From: Longimicrobiales bacterium
Lineage (GTDB): Bacteria > Gemmatimonadota > Gemmatimonadetes > Longimicrobiales > Gaopeijiaceae
DNA: 64,000 nucleotides
Direction: 5' to 3'
Assembly (NCBI GenBank): GCA_965219445.1
Contig: CBDCNQ010000005.1
Location: 64,001 to 128,000, forward strand
Shown: in pieces, positions 48,016 to 60,019 of the stretch
Layout of the letters: every line of letters begins with the position of its first letter
Position numbering within the stretch: position 1 is the first letter of the stretch
Program-made: the position numbers and the translations under genes
Notes under the pieces: generated by a model
Seen by the model: the letters and a program-made list of their open reading frames with translations, nothing else
Told to the model about the DNA's origin: nothing
Database searches by the model: none

Positions 48016-49323
48016 ATGAGTAATATTCACCTCCCCTCCGATATTCCCATTCGGTATCTCCCGCGCTCCAAGAAGGCGGATGCGCTTTTCCTCGGGATGT
48101 TCGTGGTCGGCCTCGCGGGTTTCGTCTTCTCCCTGACTACCGATGCCGATCGGGCGTGGCAGTCGTACGTCTCGAATTGGCTCTTCTTCACGAACATTGC
48201 CATGGGAGCGATGCTGCTCACCGTAGTGACTTGGATCACGAAGGCGAAGTGGAACTGGTCGGTTCGCCGGGTGAGCCTCGCGTTCGTGGCATTCCTTCCC
48301 GTCTCGTTCGTGATGCTTTTGCCGATGCTCGGGCTCGGCGAGTCGTATTTTCCGTGGATCGCGGAGATGGCAGAGGATCCGATCCTCCAAAGGAAAGCAG
48401 CCTATCTCAACATGCCGTTTCTCTTGACCAGGAACGTGGTCGGGGCCCTCGTCCTTTTCGGGGCTTCGCTCTACTTCGCCTACCTGGCCCTGAGACCGGA
48501 TATGGGCTTGACCAGGGGACACGACGAATCCGACACCCGCCGGGACGTGTGGCGCGAGCGTCTCACGCAGGGATGGCTTGGCCAGGAGGTGGAGGAAGTC
48601 GTTTCCTACCGGCGCCTGACGCGTATCGGTCCGGCGTTCGTGATCATATACGCGATCGTGATGAGCATCCTCTCGTACGACTGGGTGATGTCGCTCGAGC
48701 CCCACTGGTTCTCCACGATGATGGGCCCCTGGTTCTTCATGGGCGCGTTCTGGAGTGGCATCGCGGCCACGGCAGTTTCGGTGACCCTCCTGAAGAGGGG
48801 CGACGGCTTGCTGAACAAGGCGATGGGCCGCCAACAACTCCATGATCTCGGTAAACTCACCTTCGCTTTTTGCGTGTTCTGGGCCTACCTGTTCTTCGCC
48901 CAATATCTGGTCATTTGGTACGGAAAACTCCCTTGGGAACAGGCCTGGATCATCCACCGGGCTGACGAGCCCTGGGGCAAATGGTCGGCGCTCTTGATCG
49001 TGATGTGCTTCGTGATTCCGTTTGCGGGTTTGATCGGTCGGAAGGCGAAGATGAACCCCATGGTCTTTCGGTCCGTCGCGTTCGTGCTACTCGCTGGGCT
49101 GTGGTTGGAAAAGCACCTCATGGTGGCGCCGTCGATCCGCCGCCCTGACACTGCGACGTTGGGCGCAACAGAGCTGCTCGTGGCGCTCATGTACCTGGGG
49201 ATCTTCGTGTATGCCGTCCGGTGGTTCCTTTCCACCTTTCCGCTCATCCAGATGTGGCAACCCATGGTGGATCCGGAGACCTTCGAGGTGGAGATGGCCG
49301 CTTCCGGGATGCCGTCCGCGTGA
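48016..49323 (+). CDS. actF: Alternative complex III membrane subunit
   Basis: YLNMPF, DWVMSLEPHWFST, HDLGKL, QYLVIWYG. Confidence 0.88.
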   Translation: MSNIHLPSDIPIRYLPRSKKADALFLGMFVVGLAGFVFSLTTDADRAWQSYVSNWLFFTNIAMGAMLLTVVTWITKAKWNWSVRRVSLAFVAFLPVSFVMLLPMLGLGESYFPWIAEMAEDPILQRKAAYLNMPFLLTRNVVGALVLFGASLYFAYLALRPDMGLTRGHDESDTRRDVWRERLTQGWLGQEVEEVVSYRRLTRIGPAFVIIYAIVMSILSYDWVMSLEPHWFSTMMGPWFFMGAFWSGIAATAVSVTLLKRGDGLLNKAMGRQQLHDLGKLTFAFCVFWAYLFFAQYLVIWYGKLPWEQAWIIHRADEPWGKWSALLIVMCFVIPFAGLIGRKAKMNPMVFRSVAFVLLAGLWLEKHLMVAPSIRRPDTATLGATELLVALMYLGIFVYAVRWFLSTFPLIQMWQPMVDPETFEVEMAASGMPSA

Positions 49324-49330
49324 TATAGCG

Positions 49331-49346
49331 GCCGCCTTCGGGCGGC
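49331..49346. terminator. Hairpin after actF between convergent genes
   Basis: GCCGCC-TTCG-GGCGGC. Confidence 0.5.
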
Positions 49347-49386
49347 TGGGCCTCTGAGGTGCTTCAGATCCAGCAGATCCTACGCG

Positions 49387-50870
49387 TCAGCTTTTGGCGG
49401 CCTTGTTCTCGTACATGTTTCGGTCAGCGGCCTGGATGAGTTCATCGACGCCCACGGTCTGGCCAGCCTTGAACTCCGCCACACCAGAGCTCATCGTGAC
49501 TCCGTGAGACGCGAGCACGCGGTGTGCGCTAAGGCCCTCGTGGATCCGCGCAAGGTAGCCCTGGGCGCTCCGCCGATCTCCATCGGACAGGACTGAAACG
49601 AACTCGTCGCCGCCGTATCGCGCGACCATGTTCATGGCCCGGTTCTCGTGAGCGAGCACCTCGGCGAAAGCCCTCAGGATCTGATCCCCAACGACGTGGC
49701 CGAGGGTGTCGTTGTAGTGTTTGAACGAGTCCAGGTCAAACAGAACGAGGACCAGTTTCCTGCCGCGCCGAGCCGCAGCGATCTCTCGCTCCAGGTGAAC
49801 TTGGAATGCCGGCGGTTGGATAATCCAGTCAAGGCGTCGGTTAGCGAGAGCGCCTGGATGCTGGCGTGCAATTCCGCGTTATCCAGCGCCGCGGAAGCTT
49901 GTGCCGCCAACCGGCCCAACATTCGCACTTCATCCTCGGTGAACCGCCTCACCTTCTTGGATCGGGCCGAGAGCGCGCCGACGATGCGGGCACCTACCTT
50001 GATCGGGGTCATGACGGTGCTTCCGGATTGGAAGCTACTCCGAATGATGTCTGAAACGTTGCCCTCGGCGGCGGCGTCCTCGATGTAGAACGGCTTGCCA
50101 TTGACCATCAATCTGTCGGTGACGGCGTCCGAGAGGGGCCAGGTGGTTCCGACGGGAACGAGGATTTCCCCTGTGGACGTTCGCACCGTCGCACTGCCGT
50201 CCTCATGGGTCCAAACCCCGGCGCCGTCTAAATCGAGAAGGTCCATCGCTGCCTCTGAGACTCGCTCAAGGACCTCCTCGAAGTCGAGGGAACTCGCCAA
50301 AACACGGCCCATCTCTTCCAGCTTTTCGGCTTCATGGGACCGCCGCTGCAGCTCTTCGACACGACGCATGTTCTCCAGGGCGACTGCCGCGAGATCGGCC
50401 ACGCGTCCCAACAGTTCGGAGTCGGCGGCTTCATATGCGTCGGCACGAGCCGCGTAGACCGCTAGAGCGCCGATCACCCGGTTTCTCCACAGGAGGGGGA
50501 CGGAGAGGGTCGACCGGACCACGGCGGACCCACCGTCCTCGGGGAACGGGACCGCGTCGGCGTCAGTCTGGTCCTCGATGGCTGTCGGGGTGCCCGTCCG
50601 AAGGACTTCGCTGTCGGAGCCACGGTACGTGAGTCCAGAGTTGCTCTCCCTGCCATCGTCGACGCTGAAGACGACCGTGGCGATATCGCTCCGATCGTCA
50701 TAGATGGAGAGCAAGAATCCCGTGAGTCCGACTACCTTGGCGGTCTCGACGTAGATCGTACGATAGAGTTCACACGAATTCGAGCTGTCGAGGAACGTGC
50801 GACCCAGGCCCAGCAAAATACGATATCGTTCGGCAAGCGGTACGGTAACGGCCGGCTCGGGTGAGTTCAT
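49387..50870 (-). pseudogene. GAF-GAF-GGDEF diguanylate cyclase, frameshifted
   Basis: Two GAF-like regions, TDALTGLSNRR, one base missing at ~49805 (restores QVHLEREIAAARRGRKLVLVLFDLDSFKHYND), RYGGDEF. Confidence 0.87.
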
Positions 50871-51044
50871 AGCGGGGGGGCCTTAAAGGCCGCGGGAGGG
50901 GCCAGAAAGAGTTGTCCCTTTTCCGCGGAAGCATGTTGACTACGTCACTGGTCATCAAGATAGGCGCAAATGGGGGAGGTTTCCAGGTAACAAACGGCTC
51001 CCGGAGCCGATGGTCGAACGGGCCTCAGAGATGGGAGCGCGGTC

Positions 51045-51827
51045 TCAGGAGCGCTTCCGAAGCGGAGTGCGCGGCTCACTCGCCTCCGGCTCTCGGTCGA
51101 AATACCGCTCCATCTCGAAGCCCATGGCACGTACCAAGCGTGCTTCCCGGAGATCCGGATCGGCCCGCGACAGGACGGTACGCAAAAGGCGCATGACGCT
51201 TTCGGGGTGCCGGTCCCCTTTGAAAAAGTCGATTCGATGCAACCCCCGGTCGAGGGCGTCGTACATCTCCTCGAGGTCTTTCTGCGTCGCGGGTCCCTGG
51301 TCCCGCTTGCCCCGTGGTAGAGGGGCGTTCTCGGAGGCTACGAGGTAGATCTCGTAACAAAGAACGAGGCAGGCCTGCGCCAGATTGAGACTGGGATATT
51401 CAGGGGCCGTCGGCACGATAGCCACGGCCTGACAGAGGTCGAGTCCTTCGTTGGTGAGCCCCCGATCTTCTCTCCCGAATACCAAGGCGACGAGGCCCCT
51501 GGCGGTGCTTTCGATGACTCTGGGCGCGACCTCCCGGGGCCTGTCATAATTACGCTGCGCGGTCCGGGGGCGAGCGCTGGTCCCGACACTGAGCACCACG
51601 TCGGACAAGGCGTCCTGGAGGGTGGCGTACGTCTGTGCCGCGTGCGTCAGATCCTCGCTTCGATGGGCGATACCACCGATCCGGTACGCGTCGAAGTCGT
51701 CCGGGTTCACCAGGCGCAACTTGGACAGACCCATGTTCATCATGACGCGGACGACGCCGGCGATATTTACGACGTCCTTGGGCTCATCCAACACGATGAC
51801 GACGTTGTCGAGGGCCGCCGTCTCCAT
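51045..51827 (-). CDS. trmJ: TrmJ/LasT-family SPOUT RNA methyltransferase
   Basis: VRVMMNMG, VGTSAR, LVFGREDRGLTNE, YPSLNLAQA. Confidence 0.88.
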   Translation of the reverse strand: METAALDNVVIVLDEPKDVVNIAGVVRVMMNMGLSKLRLVNPDDFDAYRIGGIAHRSEDLTHAAQTYATLQDALSDVVLSVGTSARPRTAQRNYDRPREVAPRVIESTARGLVALVFGREDRGLTNEGLDLCQAVAIVPTAPEYPSLNLAQACLVLCYEIYLVASENAPLPRGKRDQGPATQKDLEEMYDALDRGLHRIDFFKGDRHPESVMRLLRTVLSRADPDLREARLVRAMGFEMERYFDREPEASEPRTPLRKRS

Positions 51828-51839
51828 CAGGTGGGCCAA

Positions 51840-52142
51840 GAAGGCAGTCGAGGAAGTACAGTGGGCCGCGTTGCGGATGCCACGGCCTCAGATCCTAGGC
51901 GGAGCGACGACGCCATAGCCCTAGCTACGGTTAGGAGCTCCAACAACGGAGATGAGGCCGTGCCACCGCAACCCTTCAACGTGTAAGGTCATGCCCTTCA
52001 TGTTCGTGGGCACAGGGCGGTTGTGCGGTTGATCCTGCGTCTCTCCTCCTCGCCGTAGCGCTGCTACGCCTCGTCGTCGTTCCTTGTCTGAACGCGCACA
52101 AGCGCCCTGTGCGCGACCCGCTGTACTTCCTCGACTGCCTTC
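51840..52142. mobile_element. MITE-like element with 31-bp terminal inverted repeats and two internal long hairpins
   Basis: GAAGGCAGTCGAGGAAGTACAG(T/C)GGG(C/T)CGCG at 51840-51870 and, inverted, at 52112-52142 (2 mismatches); no coding capacity. Confidence 0.7.
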
Positions 52143-52335
52143 AGGACCTATCGTGGTCCGGGGGCTCCTCGAGCGTGCGGTCGCTGGGGGGCTCGTCGTT
52201 TTTACCGAGCGCGCCCTTGAAGTTCCGAATGCCCTCTCCGAGGCCGCGACCGATCACGGGAATCTTCTTCGCCCCGAAGAAAAACATCACGATCAGGAGG
52301 ATCAGCCCGATCTCCCAGATTCCGAGGCCGGTCAT
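52141..52335 (-). CDS. tatA: Twin-arginine translocase subunit TatA
   Basis: GLGIWEI..FFGAKKIP..GRGLGEGIRNFK. Confidence 0.9.
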   Translation of the reverse strand: MTGLGIWEIGLILLIVMFFFGAKKIPVIGRGLGEGIRNFKGALGKNDEPPSDRTLEEPPDHDRS

Positions 52336-52571
52336 ACTAGAAGCACCTTGGCGATGGTTTGGAGTTGCATATTGGTCGTGCCCTCGTAGATCGTGCCGAT
52401 CTTCGAATCGCGATAAAATTTTTCAACAGAGTACTCCTTGGTGAATCCATACGCACCGTACAGGTCGATACACAAAGAAGTCACCTTCTGTGCCATCCGC
52501 GAGGAATGTAGCTTAGCCATCGCTGCCGGCACCAGGAAGTCCTCGCCGGTGTCCCTGAGCCGAGCAGCGTT
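52332..52571 (-). pseudogene. C-terminal remnant of an acyl-CoA dehydrogenase
   Basis: NAARL..AAMAKL..GAYGFTKEYSVEKFYRDSKIGTIYEGTTNMQ; only ~80 codons remain and the gcvH upstream region lies directly 5'. Confidence 0.85.
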
Positions 52572-52806
52572 TCGATCCCCATGAGACCCAGCTCGAAGAG
52601 CGAAGTCAAGGCGGGATGGATGGCGGAATCGGTCTTTGTGAACGTGTCCATGTTCTCTATCTTTCGCGCCTAGATCCCTCTGAAATTGTCGCAAAATCCG
52701 ATTCTCGAAAAAGCTATCCGAATGCGCTGGACGTGCAAAGGCGGGAGTCCGCCTCTGCAGTGCCGGCCTCATGCCACTCTTTGAGACACTTTAGCCTGGA
52801 GAAGTG

Positions 52807-53196
52807 ATGTCCGAATTCCCCGATGGACTGAGATACACGGAGGAGCATGAGTATCTGACGGCGACCGATGAGAGCGGTGTATATCGAGTCGGGATTACGG
52901 ACTATGCCCAGGGGGAGTTGGGGGACATCGTGTACGTGGAGTTATCCGCGGTTGGGGAAAGCCTTGGAAAGAGGGCCACGTTTGGCACGATCGAGGCCGT
53001 CAAGGCGGTGAGCGATTTGTACTGTCCGGTTGCCGGCGAGATCGTTTCGGTGAACGAGTCGCTGGAAGCTGATCCATCGTCCGTAAACAGCGATCCGTAT
53101 GGTGCTGGTTGGATGATTCGGCTGCGCGTGGATGACACGGCTGAGGTAGATGCTCTTTTGGACGCCGCGGCCTATCGGGCCTTCGTGGGCGAGTAA
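52807..53196 (+). CDS. gcvH: Glycine cleavage system H protein
   Basis: YTEEHEY, GITDYAQGELGDIV, EAVKA (lipoyl-Lys), NSDPYGAGW. Confidence 0.96.
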   Translation: MSEFPDGLRYTEEHEYLTATDESGVYRVGITDYAQGELGDIVYVELSAVGESLGKRATFGTIEAVKAVSDLYCPVAGEIVSVNESLEADPSSVNSDPYGAGWMIRLRVDDTAEVDALLDAAAYRAFVGE

Positions 53197-53205
53197 CTGC
53201 TCGAA

Positions 53206-56118
53206 ATGTCCTCTGAAATAGAGTCGGAGAGTCGGTTTACCAGCCGGCATATCGGGCTGCGGCCTCCTGATGTCGAGCGGATGTTGGGGTCCATGGGTCT
53301 CGGCAGTCTGGAGGAACTCATCGATCAGACCCTTCCCGAGTCCATCCGGCTGAAGAGCGAGCTTGACCTTCCAGAGGCGTCTTCCGAAGACGAGCTCCTA
53401 GGCCGACTTCAGGAAATCGGGGCCCTGAATCGGGTGTTTCGGTCGTATATCGGGATGGGATACCACGATACGATCGTTCCCGGCGTCATCCAGAGAAACA
53501 TCCTGGAAAATCCTGGCTGGTATACTCAGTACACGCCCTATCAGGCCGAGATTTCACAGGGACGTCTCGAGGCACTTCTGAACTTCCAGACGACGGTGAT
53601 CGACCTCACAGGGATGGAGATCGCCAACGCCTCGCTTCTGGACGAGGCCACAGCGGCCGCTGAGGCGATGACCATGCTCTTCGGCGAAGCAAAGGATGAG
53701 GCCCGTACGATTTTCTTCGTGTCGCAGGATTGTCATCCGCAGACGATAGAGGTCGTTCGGGGTCGGGCCGAGCCATTGCGGATTGAGGTCATGGTCGGCG
53801 TCTACGACAACGTCGATCTCAAGACACACGGGGACCAAATCTTCGGAGGCCTGGTGCAGTATCCGGCGAGCGACGGTGCGCTTCACGATTACGGCGCGTT
53901 CTGTGCGACCTTCCATGAGTGGGGTGCGGGGGTGGTTGTGGCCGCAGACCTGATGGCGCTGACCCTCCTCATGCCTCCGGGAGAGTTCGGCGCCGATGTT
54001 GCCGTTGGGAACACACAGCGATTCGGCGTCCCCATGGGGTACGGCGGCCCCCACGCCGCGTATTTCGCGGCGAAGGAGAGGTTCAAGCGCAGGCTGCCGG
54101 GCCGTATCATCGGCGTATCGGTCGACGCGGATGGAGACCCGGCCCTCCGGATGGCGCTCCAGACTCGCGAGCAGCACATCCGAAGGGAGAAGGCGACGTC
54201 CAATATCTGCACCGCGCAGGTGCTCTTGGCGATCATGGCCGGCATGTACGCCGTGTATCATGGGCCCGACGGTTTACGCGATATCGCGCAAAGGATCCAT
54301 CGATTGACCGCGACCCTGGCGCATGGCCTCCGCGAACTCGGCCATACGCTCGTCCACGATCGCTTCTTCGATACGATCCAGGTGGTGCCTTCGGAGATGT
54401 CGGGGGAGGACATTCTGCGGCGGGCGTTGGATGTAGAAATCAATCTTCGGGACTTCGGGGACGGGACGGTCGGCATCGCGCTCGACGAGACGACCCGGCC
54501 GGAAGACATCGACGATCTCTTCGACGTGTTCAGCCATGGCGGCCCGCGGGGAGGGGGTGTGAAACTCCGCGCGGAAAGGGTGTCCGAAGAAGCGCTCTCC
54601 GCCATCCCCGACGATCTGACCCGCACGTCTCCGATACTCGAACACCCAGTCTTCCATCGGTATCGCTCCGAGACCGAGATGCTCCGGTACTTACACCGCC
54701 TGGAGAGTCGGGATCTTTCGCTCAACACCAGCATGATCCCACTCGGATCCTGTACGATGAAGCTCAACGCGACCACCGAGATGGTGCCTGTTACATGGAA
54801 GGTCTTCGGAGGGCTCCATCCGTTCGCACCGCCGGACCAAGCCGAAGGATACCGGCGGGTCTTCTCGGATCTGGAGGGCTGGTTGGCGGAGATCAGCGGG
54901 TTTGCGGCCACGTCCCTCCAACCCAACTCGGGTGCCCAGGGGGAGTACGCCGGATTACGGGTGATCCGGGCGTTACATGAGAGCCGGGGAGAGCCGCGCC
55001 GCAGCGTCTGCCTGATACCCTCGTCCGCGCACGGAACCAATCCGGCCAGCGCAGTGATGGCGGGCATGAGTGTCGTGGTCGTCCAGTGTGACCAATCCGG
55101 CAACATCGACGTGGAGGATCTCGCCGCGAAGGCCGAAGCGCATGCCTCCGAGCTTGCGGCCTTCATGGTCACCTATCCGTCGACCCACGGTGTGTTCGAG
55201 TCCCGTATCCGTGAGATTTGCGACATCGTCCACCGCAACGGGGGGCGTGTCTACCTGGACGGTGCCAACCTGAATGCCCAGGTGGGTTTGTGCCGGCCCG
55301 GTGACTACGGTGCCGACGTCTGTCATATCAATCTCCACAAGACATTCGCGATCCCGCACGGTGGGGGAGGGCCGGGGATGGGCCCGATCTGTGTCACGTC
55401 GGAGTTGGCTCCTTTTCTTCCCGGGCATCCGAATTTGGACGGCGTCGCGGAGCAGGCCATCCCGGCTGTGTCGGCGGCCCCCTGGGGGAGCAGCAGTATT
55501 CTCTTGGTCTCCTGGGCGTACATCGCGCTCCTCGGAAGAGACGGTGCGCGCAGAGCCACGGAAGCGGCAATCCTCAGTGCCAACTACATGGCGAACCGCC
55601 TCGGAGAACGGTTCGAGATACTCTACAGGGGGGAGAACGGCCGTGTGGCACACGAGTTCATTCTGGACCTTCGTCCACTGAAGAAGGCGAGCGGGATCAC
55701 AGACGAGGATGTCGCCAAACGGTTGATGGACTACGGATTCCACGCGCCGACCATGTCGTTCCCGGTGGTGGGAACGATGATGGTAGAGCCCACGGAGAGC
55801 GAGTCGAAATACGAGTTGGACCGGTTCTGCGAGGCGCTGTTTGTGATTCGAGACGAGATCGACGCCGTCGTGTCGGGGGAGGCTGACCCGGAAGACAACG
55901 TGCTCAAGAATGCTCCCCATAGCGCTGCCATGCTCATGACCGAGAAGTGGGAGCATGGCTACTCGCGCGAGCAGGCGGCCTACCCGGCTCCTTGGACTCG
56001 AGAGCATAAGTATTGGCCTCCGGTCCGGAGGGTGGATAACGCCCATGGAGACCGGAACCTGGTGTGTGCATGTCCCCCGGTTGAGGCTTATGCTGAGAAA
56101 CCCGCCCCGGGCGACTGA
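53206..56118 (+). CDS. gcvP: Glycine dehydrogenase (decarboxylating), single chain
   Basis: [47 protein letters not shown]. Confidence 0.97.
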   Translation: MSSEIESESRFTSRHIGLRPPDVERMLGSMGLGSLEELIDQTLPESIRLKSELDLPEASSEDELLGRLQEIGALNRVFRSYIGMGYHDTIVPGVIQRNILENPGWYTQYTPYQAEISQGRLEALLNFQTTVIDLTGMEIANASLLDEATAAAEAMTMLFGEAKDEARTIFFVSQDCHPQTIEVVRGRAEPLRIEVMVGVYDNVDLKTHGDQIFGGLVQYPASDGALHDYGAFCATFHEWGAGVVVAADLMALTLLMPPGEFGADVAVGNTQRFGVPMGYGGPHAAYFAAKERFKRRLPGRIIGVSVDADGDPALRMALQTREQHIRREKATSNICTAQVLLAIMAGMYAVYHGPDGLRDIAQRIHRLTATLAHGLRELGHTLVHDRFFDTIQVVPSEMSGEDILRRALDVEINLRDFGDGTVGIALDETTRPEDIDDLFDVFSHGGPRGGGVKLRAERVSEEALSAIPDDLTRTSPILEHPVFHRYRSETEMLRYLHRLESRDLSLNTSMIPLGSCTMKLNATTEMVPVTWKVFGGLHPFAPPDQAEGYRRVFSDLEGWLAEISGFAATSLQPNSGAQGEYAGLRVIRALHESRGEPRRSVCLIPSSAHGTNPASAVMAGMSVVVVQCDQSGNIDVEDLAAKAEAHASELAAFMVTYPSTHGVFESRIREICDIVHRNGGRVYLDGANLNAQVGLCRPGDYGADVCHINLHKTFAIPHGGGGPGMGPICVTSELAPFLPGHPNLDGVAEQAIPAVSAAPWGSSSILLVSWAYIALLGRDGARRATEAAILSANYMANRLGERFEILYRGENGRVAHEFILDLRPLKKASGITDEDVAKRLMDYGFHAPTMSFPVVGTMMVEPTESESKYELDRFCEALFVIRDEIDAVVSGEADPEDNVLKNAPHSAAMLMTEKWEHGYSREQAAYPAPWTREHKYWPPVRRVDNAHGDRNLVCACPPVEAYAEKPAPGD

Positions 56119-56221
56119 GGCCGCGACGCCACGATCCTCAGAGAAAATAGTTCGCCGCGAGTGGTGAAGGATCACCGTGAGCGGCTGAAGCTCATTCAAG
56201 GCACACGAGGAGACGTTCAAC

Positions 56222-56911
56222 ATGGCAACGCTCGACTACTATGGTCACGCCACGTTCGGCCTCACGAACGATGACGGGACCCGGGTGATCATCGATCCGT
56301 TCTTCGGGGACAATCCCTGGACCGAGGTGAGCCCGTCCGAGGTCGAGGCCGACTTCATTTTCTGTACACATGGCCACTACGACCATTTCGTGGACGCGAT
56401 CGAAATCGCCAAGAACACCGGTGCCACGGTGGTGGGCACGTTCGAGCTCGTGGAATACGTGCAGAGCCAGGGAGTGGAGAACGCTCATCCGATGCATATC
56501 GACGGCGGCTGGGACTTTCCGTTTGGGCGCGTGAAGATGACAGTCGCCATACACGGTGGCAGGGTCTACGGAGAAGGTGCCGAGGGCTACACGTCCAACC
56601 CGGCGGGACTGATCTTTCACCTCGGTCCGGGAAAGCGGGTGTACCATGCGGGCGATACCGCCCTCACGATGGACATGCAGCTTCTGAAGGGAAAGGTCGA
56701 CGTGGCTCTGCTGCCAATGGGGGACAACTTCACCATGGGCCCGGAGGACGCGGTGACTGCGATCGAGTTCATCGAGCCCTCCGTGGTGATCCCGATCCAC
56801 TACAACACTTGGCCCTACATCGAGCAGGATGTCGAAGCTTTCGCCTCCCTCGTCGGCGACCGTGCTCGTGTTGAAATCCTCGAGCCCGGAAAGGGATCGT
56901 ACGAGCTTTGA
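56222..56911 (+). CDS. Metal-dependent hydrolase (MBL fold, UPF0173-like)
   Basis: GHA, IDPF, THGHYDH, YHAGDT, IPIHYNTW. Confidence 0.88.
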   Translation: MATLDYYGHATFGLTNDDGTRVIIDPFFGDNPWTEVSPSEVEADFIFCTHGHYDHFVDAIEIAKNTGATVVGTFELVEYVQSQGVENAHPMHIDGGWDFPFGRVKMTVAIHGGRVYGEGAEGYTSNPAGLIFHLGPGKRVYHAGDTALTMDMQLLKGKVDVALLPMGDNFTMGPEDAVTAIEFIEPSVVIPIHYNTWPYIEQDVEAFASLVGDRARVEILEPGKGSYEL

Positions 56912-57810
56912 CGCCCGCCTCGGGTTTTGCGCCGCCGGGTTCGACGCTACTCAAGCAGGACCGTGGCGCCGCTATGCGGAGGGCGCTCAATATCAAAGCA
57001 CTCGAGTGGAGGGTTCTCGTGGACCGGCCCGCTGCAGGTCCACGGAACATGGCGGTGGATCACGCACTTGCAGCCTGTCTGGGTCCGGGCGAGGCAGTCC
57101 TTCGTATCTACCGGTGGACTGGTCCCACCGTCTCCTTTGGCCGCAACGAGCTTGCCTGTGGCCACTATGATCCGGCCGCGGGGCGCGACGCCGGTATCGA
57201 GTTCGTACGCAGGCCGACGGGTGGACGGGCCGTGTTGCACGACCGGGAACTCACCTATTCCGTTGTCCTTCCGCTCGAGATCGGGGTGGGGCTCAGGGCG
57301 ACGTACCGGCTGATCAATCGAGGGCTGGTGAAAGCCCTGTGTTCCTTGGGAGTTCCGGCTGTGATGGCCGAGGAGCGAGGCGCGCCCGCAGATCTGGGAT
57401 CCGGGCCCTGTTTTGACGAGCCCGCCCCCGGCGAGATAACGGTGGCCGGAAGAAAGCTTGTCGGAAGTGCGCAGGCGAGGCTCGAGGGGGTGATTCTCCA
57501 GCATGGCTCGCTGCTCATCGGTGCGGGCCAGGAGCGCCTGCTCGGGTTGGTCTCGACATCCGCAGTCTCCGGGACGGGGGGAGGACCCATCGAGCCCGGG
57601 AAGTACGGGCGTGTTCGGGCCCCGATCTCCCTCGAAGAAGTGCTGGGCCGTGAACCATCCTGGTCGCATCTTGTAGCGGCGGTCATCGCCGGCTTGTGCG
57701 GCGTGACAGGCGGCGACTGGCGGCCCGGCGAACTCTCGGGGGCCGAGCGGGTCAAATCCATGGAGCTCACGGAGCGGTACGCCTCGGCAGAGTGGACGTG
57801 GCGCCGGTAG
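56908..57810 (+). CDS. Lipoate-protein ligase/octanoyltransferase family (LipM-like)
   Basis: NMAVD, VRRPTGGRAVLH, CF, RKLVGSAQ, LQHGS; next to gcvH. Start uncertain. Confidence 0.87.
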   Translation: MTPASGFAPPGSTLLKQDRGAAMRRALNIKALEWRVLVDRPAAGPRNMAVDHALAACLGPGEAVLRIYRWTGPTVSFGRNELACGHYDPAAGRDAGIEFVRRPTGGRAVLHDRELTYSVVLPLEIGVGLRATYRLINRGLVKALCSLGVPAVMAEERGAPADLGSGPCFDEPAPGEITVAGRKLVGSAQARLEGVILQHGSLLIGAGQERLLGLVSTSAVSGTGGGPIEPGKYGRVRAPISLEEVLGREPSWSHLVAAVIAGLCGVTGGDWRPGELSGAERVKSMELTERYASAEWTWRR

Positions 57811-57916
57811 GGAAGCCGTAGCCCGGGAAGCATTGGATGGACGTATCGCAGGAAACGGAGGGGCAGGCGTAGTGAGTTAGGCGCACGGGCAACTTGGCTC
57901 AAGTGAGGAGGCGGAC

Positions 57917-59687
57917 ATGAGGGACATTCGCTTGAAGGCGTCGATTCTGGGGATTGCGGCGGCTGGGCTGATGGGAGCATGCGGGGGCGGAGACGGTGGG
58001 GCATCCCGTGAAGCTGGACCCTGGATGCTGGAAGCCTCGTTGTCCGAGGCCGGAGCGGGCATCCCGTTTTGTGAGGAGGTCACCGCTCGCGTCTCGGAGT
58101 TCATGTCTCAGTTTGAAGGGCAGATGCCCCCGTCCGAGCTCTATGGCGGCGCGGCGGTCATCGGTTCGATCGGCGAGATCCCCGACGGGATGAACAATCA
58201 TATCTCTCAGGGCTACAGCGCGTCCCAGCACCAGAACTTCGTGAACCTCATGACCCTGGTGCAGTACGACGAGGGTCTGAATCCGATACCCTACCTAGCC
58301 GAGTCGTGGGAGGTGTCGGACGACGGCACGGAGGTCACGTTTCACATTCGAGCTGACGTCTATTGGCACGACGGCGAGCTGACGGATGCATACGATGTGG
58401 CCTATACGTTCAAACGTGCGATCGATCCCGAGACGGCCTTCCCCAACGCCGCGTTCTGGACCCACTACGATCAGGGACCCGACGGCGTGGAAGTGGTCGA
58501 CTCATTCACGGTGAAGTTTGGCATGCGGCCCCATGCCGACTTCATGGACCCCTGGCGGGCCACGGCGATCATGCCCGAGCACCTGCTCAAAGATGTGCCC
58601 TCCGCCGCGTTGAGCCAGCACCCTTATGGCATGGTCTGCCCGGTAAGGCAATGGACCGTTCGTATTCGTGGAGCACCGCCAGGACGCGAGTTGGACCTTC
58701 CAGGCGAACCGGTCCTTTCCTGATGGCCTCGGTGGTCGCCCTTACCTCGATCGTTACATCTATCGAAGCATCACCGAGCAGACGACGCTCCTCACCGAGT
58801 TGTTGACGGCGCGGTTGGACGTTTACGTCGGCCCCACACCCGATCAGGCCCAAGCCATCATTGATTCGGATGTGGCGAACCTCACGCGGTATCCCTCCCG
58901 GCAATACACTTTCGTTGGGTGGAACTCACGCCGCCCACAGCTCTCCGACAAGAGGGTGCGCCAAGCGCTTACAAAAGGCACGAACCGGCAGGAGATCGTG
59001 GACGCCTTGCAGCAGGGCTACGGAACGGTGGCGAACGGGAGCGTTCCGCCATTCCATTGGGCGCACGACCCCTCAATAGGCAGGGAGGCCATGGAGTACG
59101 ATCAGGATGCTGCCAGGGCCTTGCTCGATGCCGCAGGTTGGGTGGATCGGGACGGAGACGGCGTTCGTGAGAACGGCGACGGCGATCGGCTTTCCATCTC
59201 CATCAAGTACAATGATGGGAATGATACTCGACAGGGTATCGCGGAGATCATGCAGGCGCAGCTGGCCGAAATCGGTGTCGAGGTCACGCCGAGGGTGGTC
59301 GAATGGGCTACCCTACTCAGCCAGATCAGCGACCCGACCCTTCGTGACTTCGATGGTGTGGTTATGGGTTGGGTGGCCGAGTACAAATTGGATGACACCG
59401 ACCTTCTTCACAGCAGGAATCTCTCTGGGGTTTACGCTTTTTCTGGCACTCGTCGCCCAGATATCGACAACCTCCTGGACCAGTTGCCCCTGGTCGTTGA
59501 CCGGACGGACGCGAAGCCGCTGTGGAGGCAATACCAAGAACTTCTGGTAGACGAGCAGCCCTACACATTTTTCTTTTTCCCCGACCGGCTCGACGGTGTG
59601 AGCAATCGGCTCCGCGGTGTGGAGATGGACTCGCGCGGCGAATGGCTGAACATCAAGGATTGGTGGGTTCCTGCCGACCAACGATGA
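57917..59687 (+). pseudogene. Peptide ABC transporter substrate-binding lipoprotein (family 5), frameshifted
   Basis: MGAC lipobox, LAESWEVS, WHDG..TAYDV; extra A at ~58646 splits PV|GNGPF; then DKRVRQAL, DRDGDGVRE. Confidence 0.88.
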
Positions 59688-59729
59688 CGAGCTCCGGACC
59701 CGTGAAGGCCGACGCGTAGAGAGCGGGCC

Positions 59730-60019
59730 GTGAGAACCTTCGTTGTGCGGCGGCTCCTCGGCGCCATTCCCCTCGTTCTCGGCATCGCCACGATCATTTT
59801 TTTCGTGGTGAACCTCGCACCGGGCGACCCCGCGCTGCGGTTCATGGGCCCCAATATGTCGCAGGAGGCCATCGAACAGATCCGTGTCAACCTCGGCCTC
59901 GATCAGCCCATTCATATTCGCTACGTGCGATGGCTCGGGGCGCTTGCCCAAGGGGACCTCGGTGTCTCGTTTACGCACAATCGACCGGTCCTGGACGTCA
60001 TCAAAGAACTTCTGCCCAA
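59730..60019 (+). pseudogene. Peptide ABC permease (DppB/OppB), 5' part
   Basis: RRLLGAIP, APGDPA, GLDQP, GDLGVS; breaks at LLP. Confidence 0.9.

Noticed and set aside
52580..52806. Glycine riboswitch upstream of gcvH
   Set aside because: I could not find the conserved aptamer motifs.
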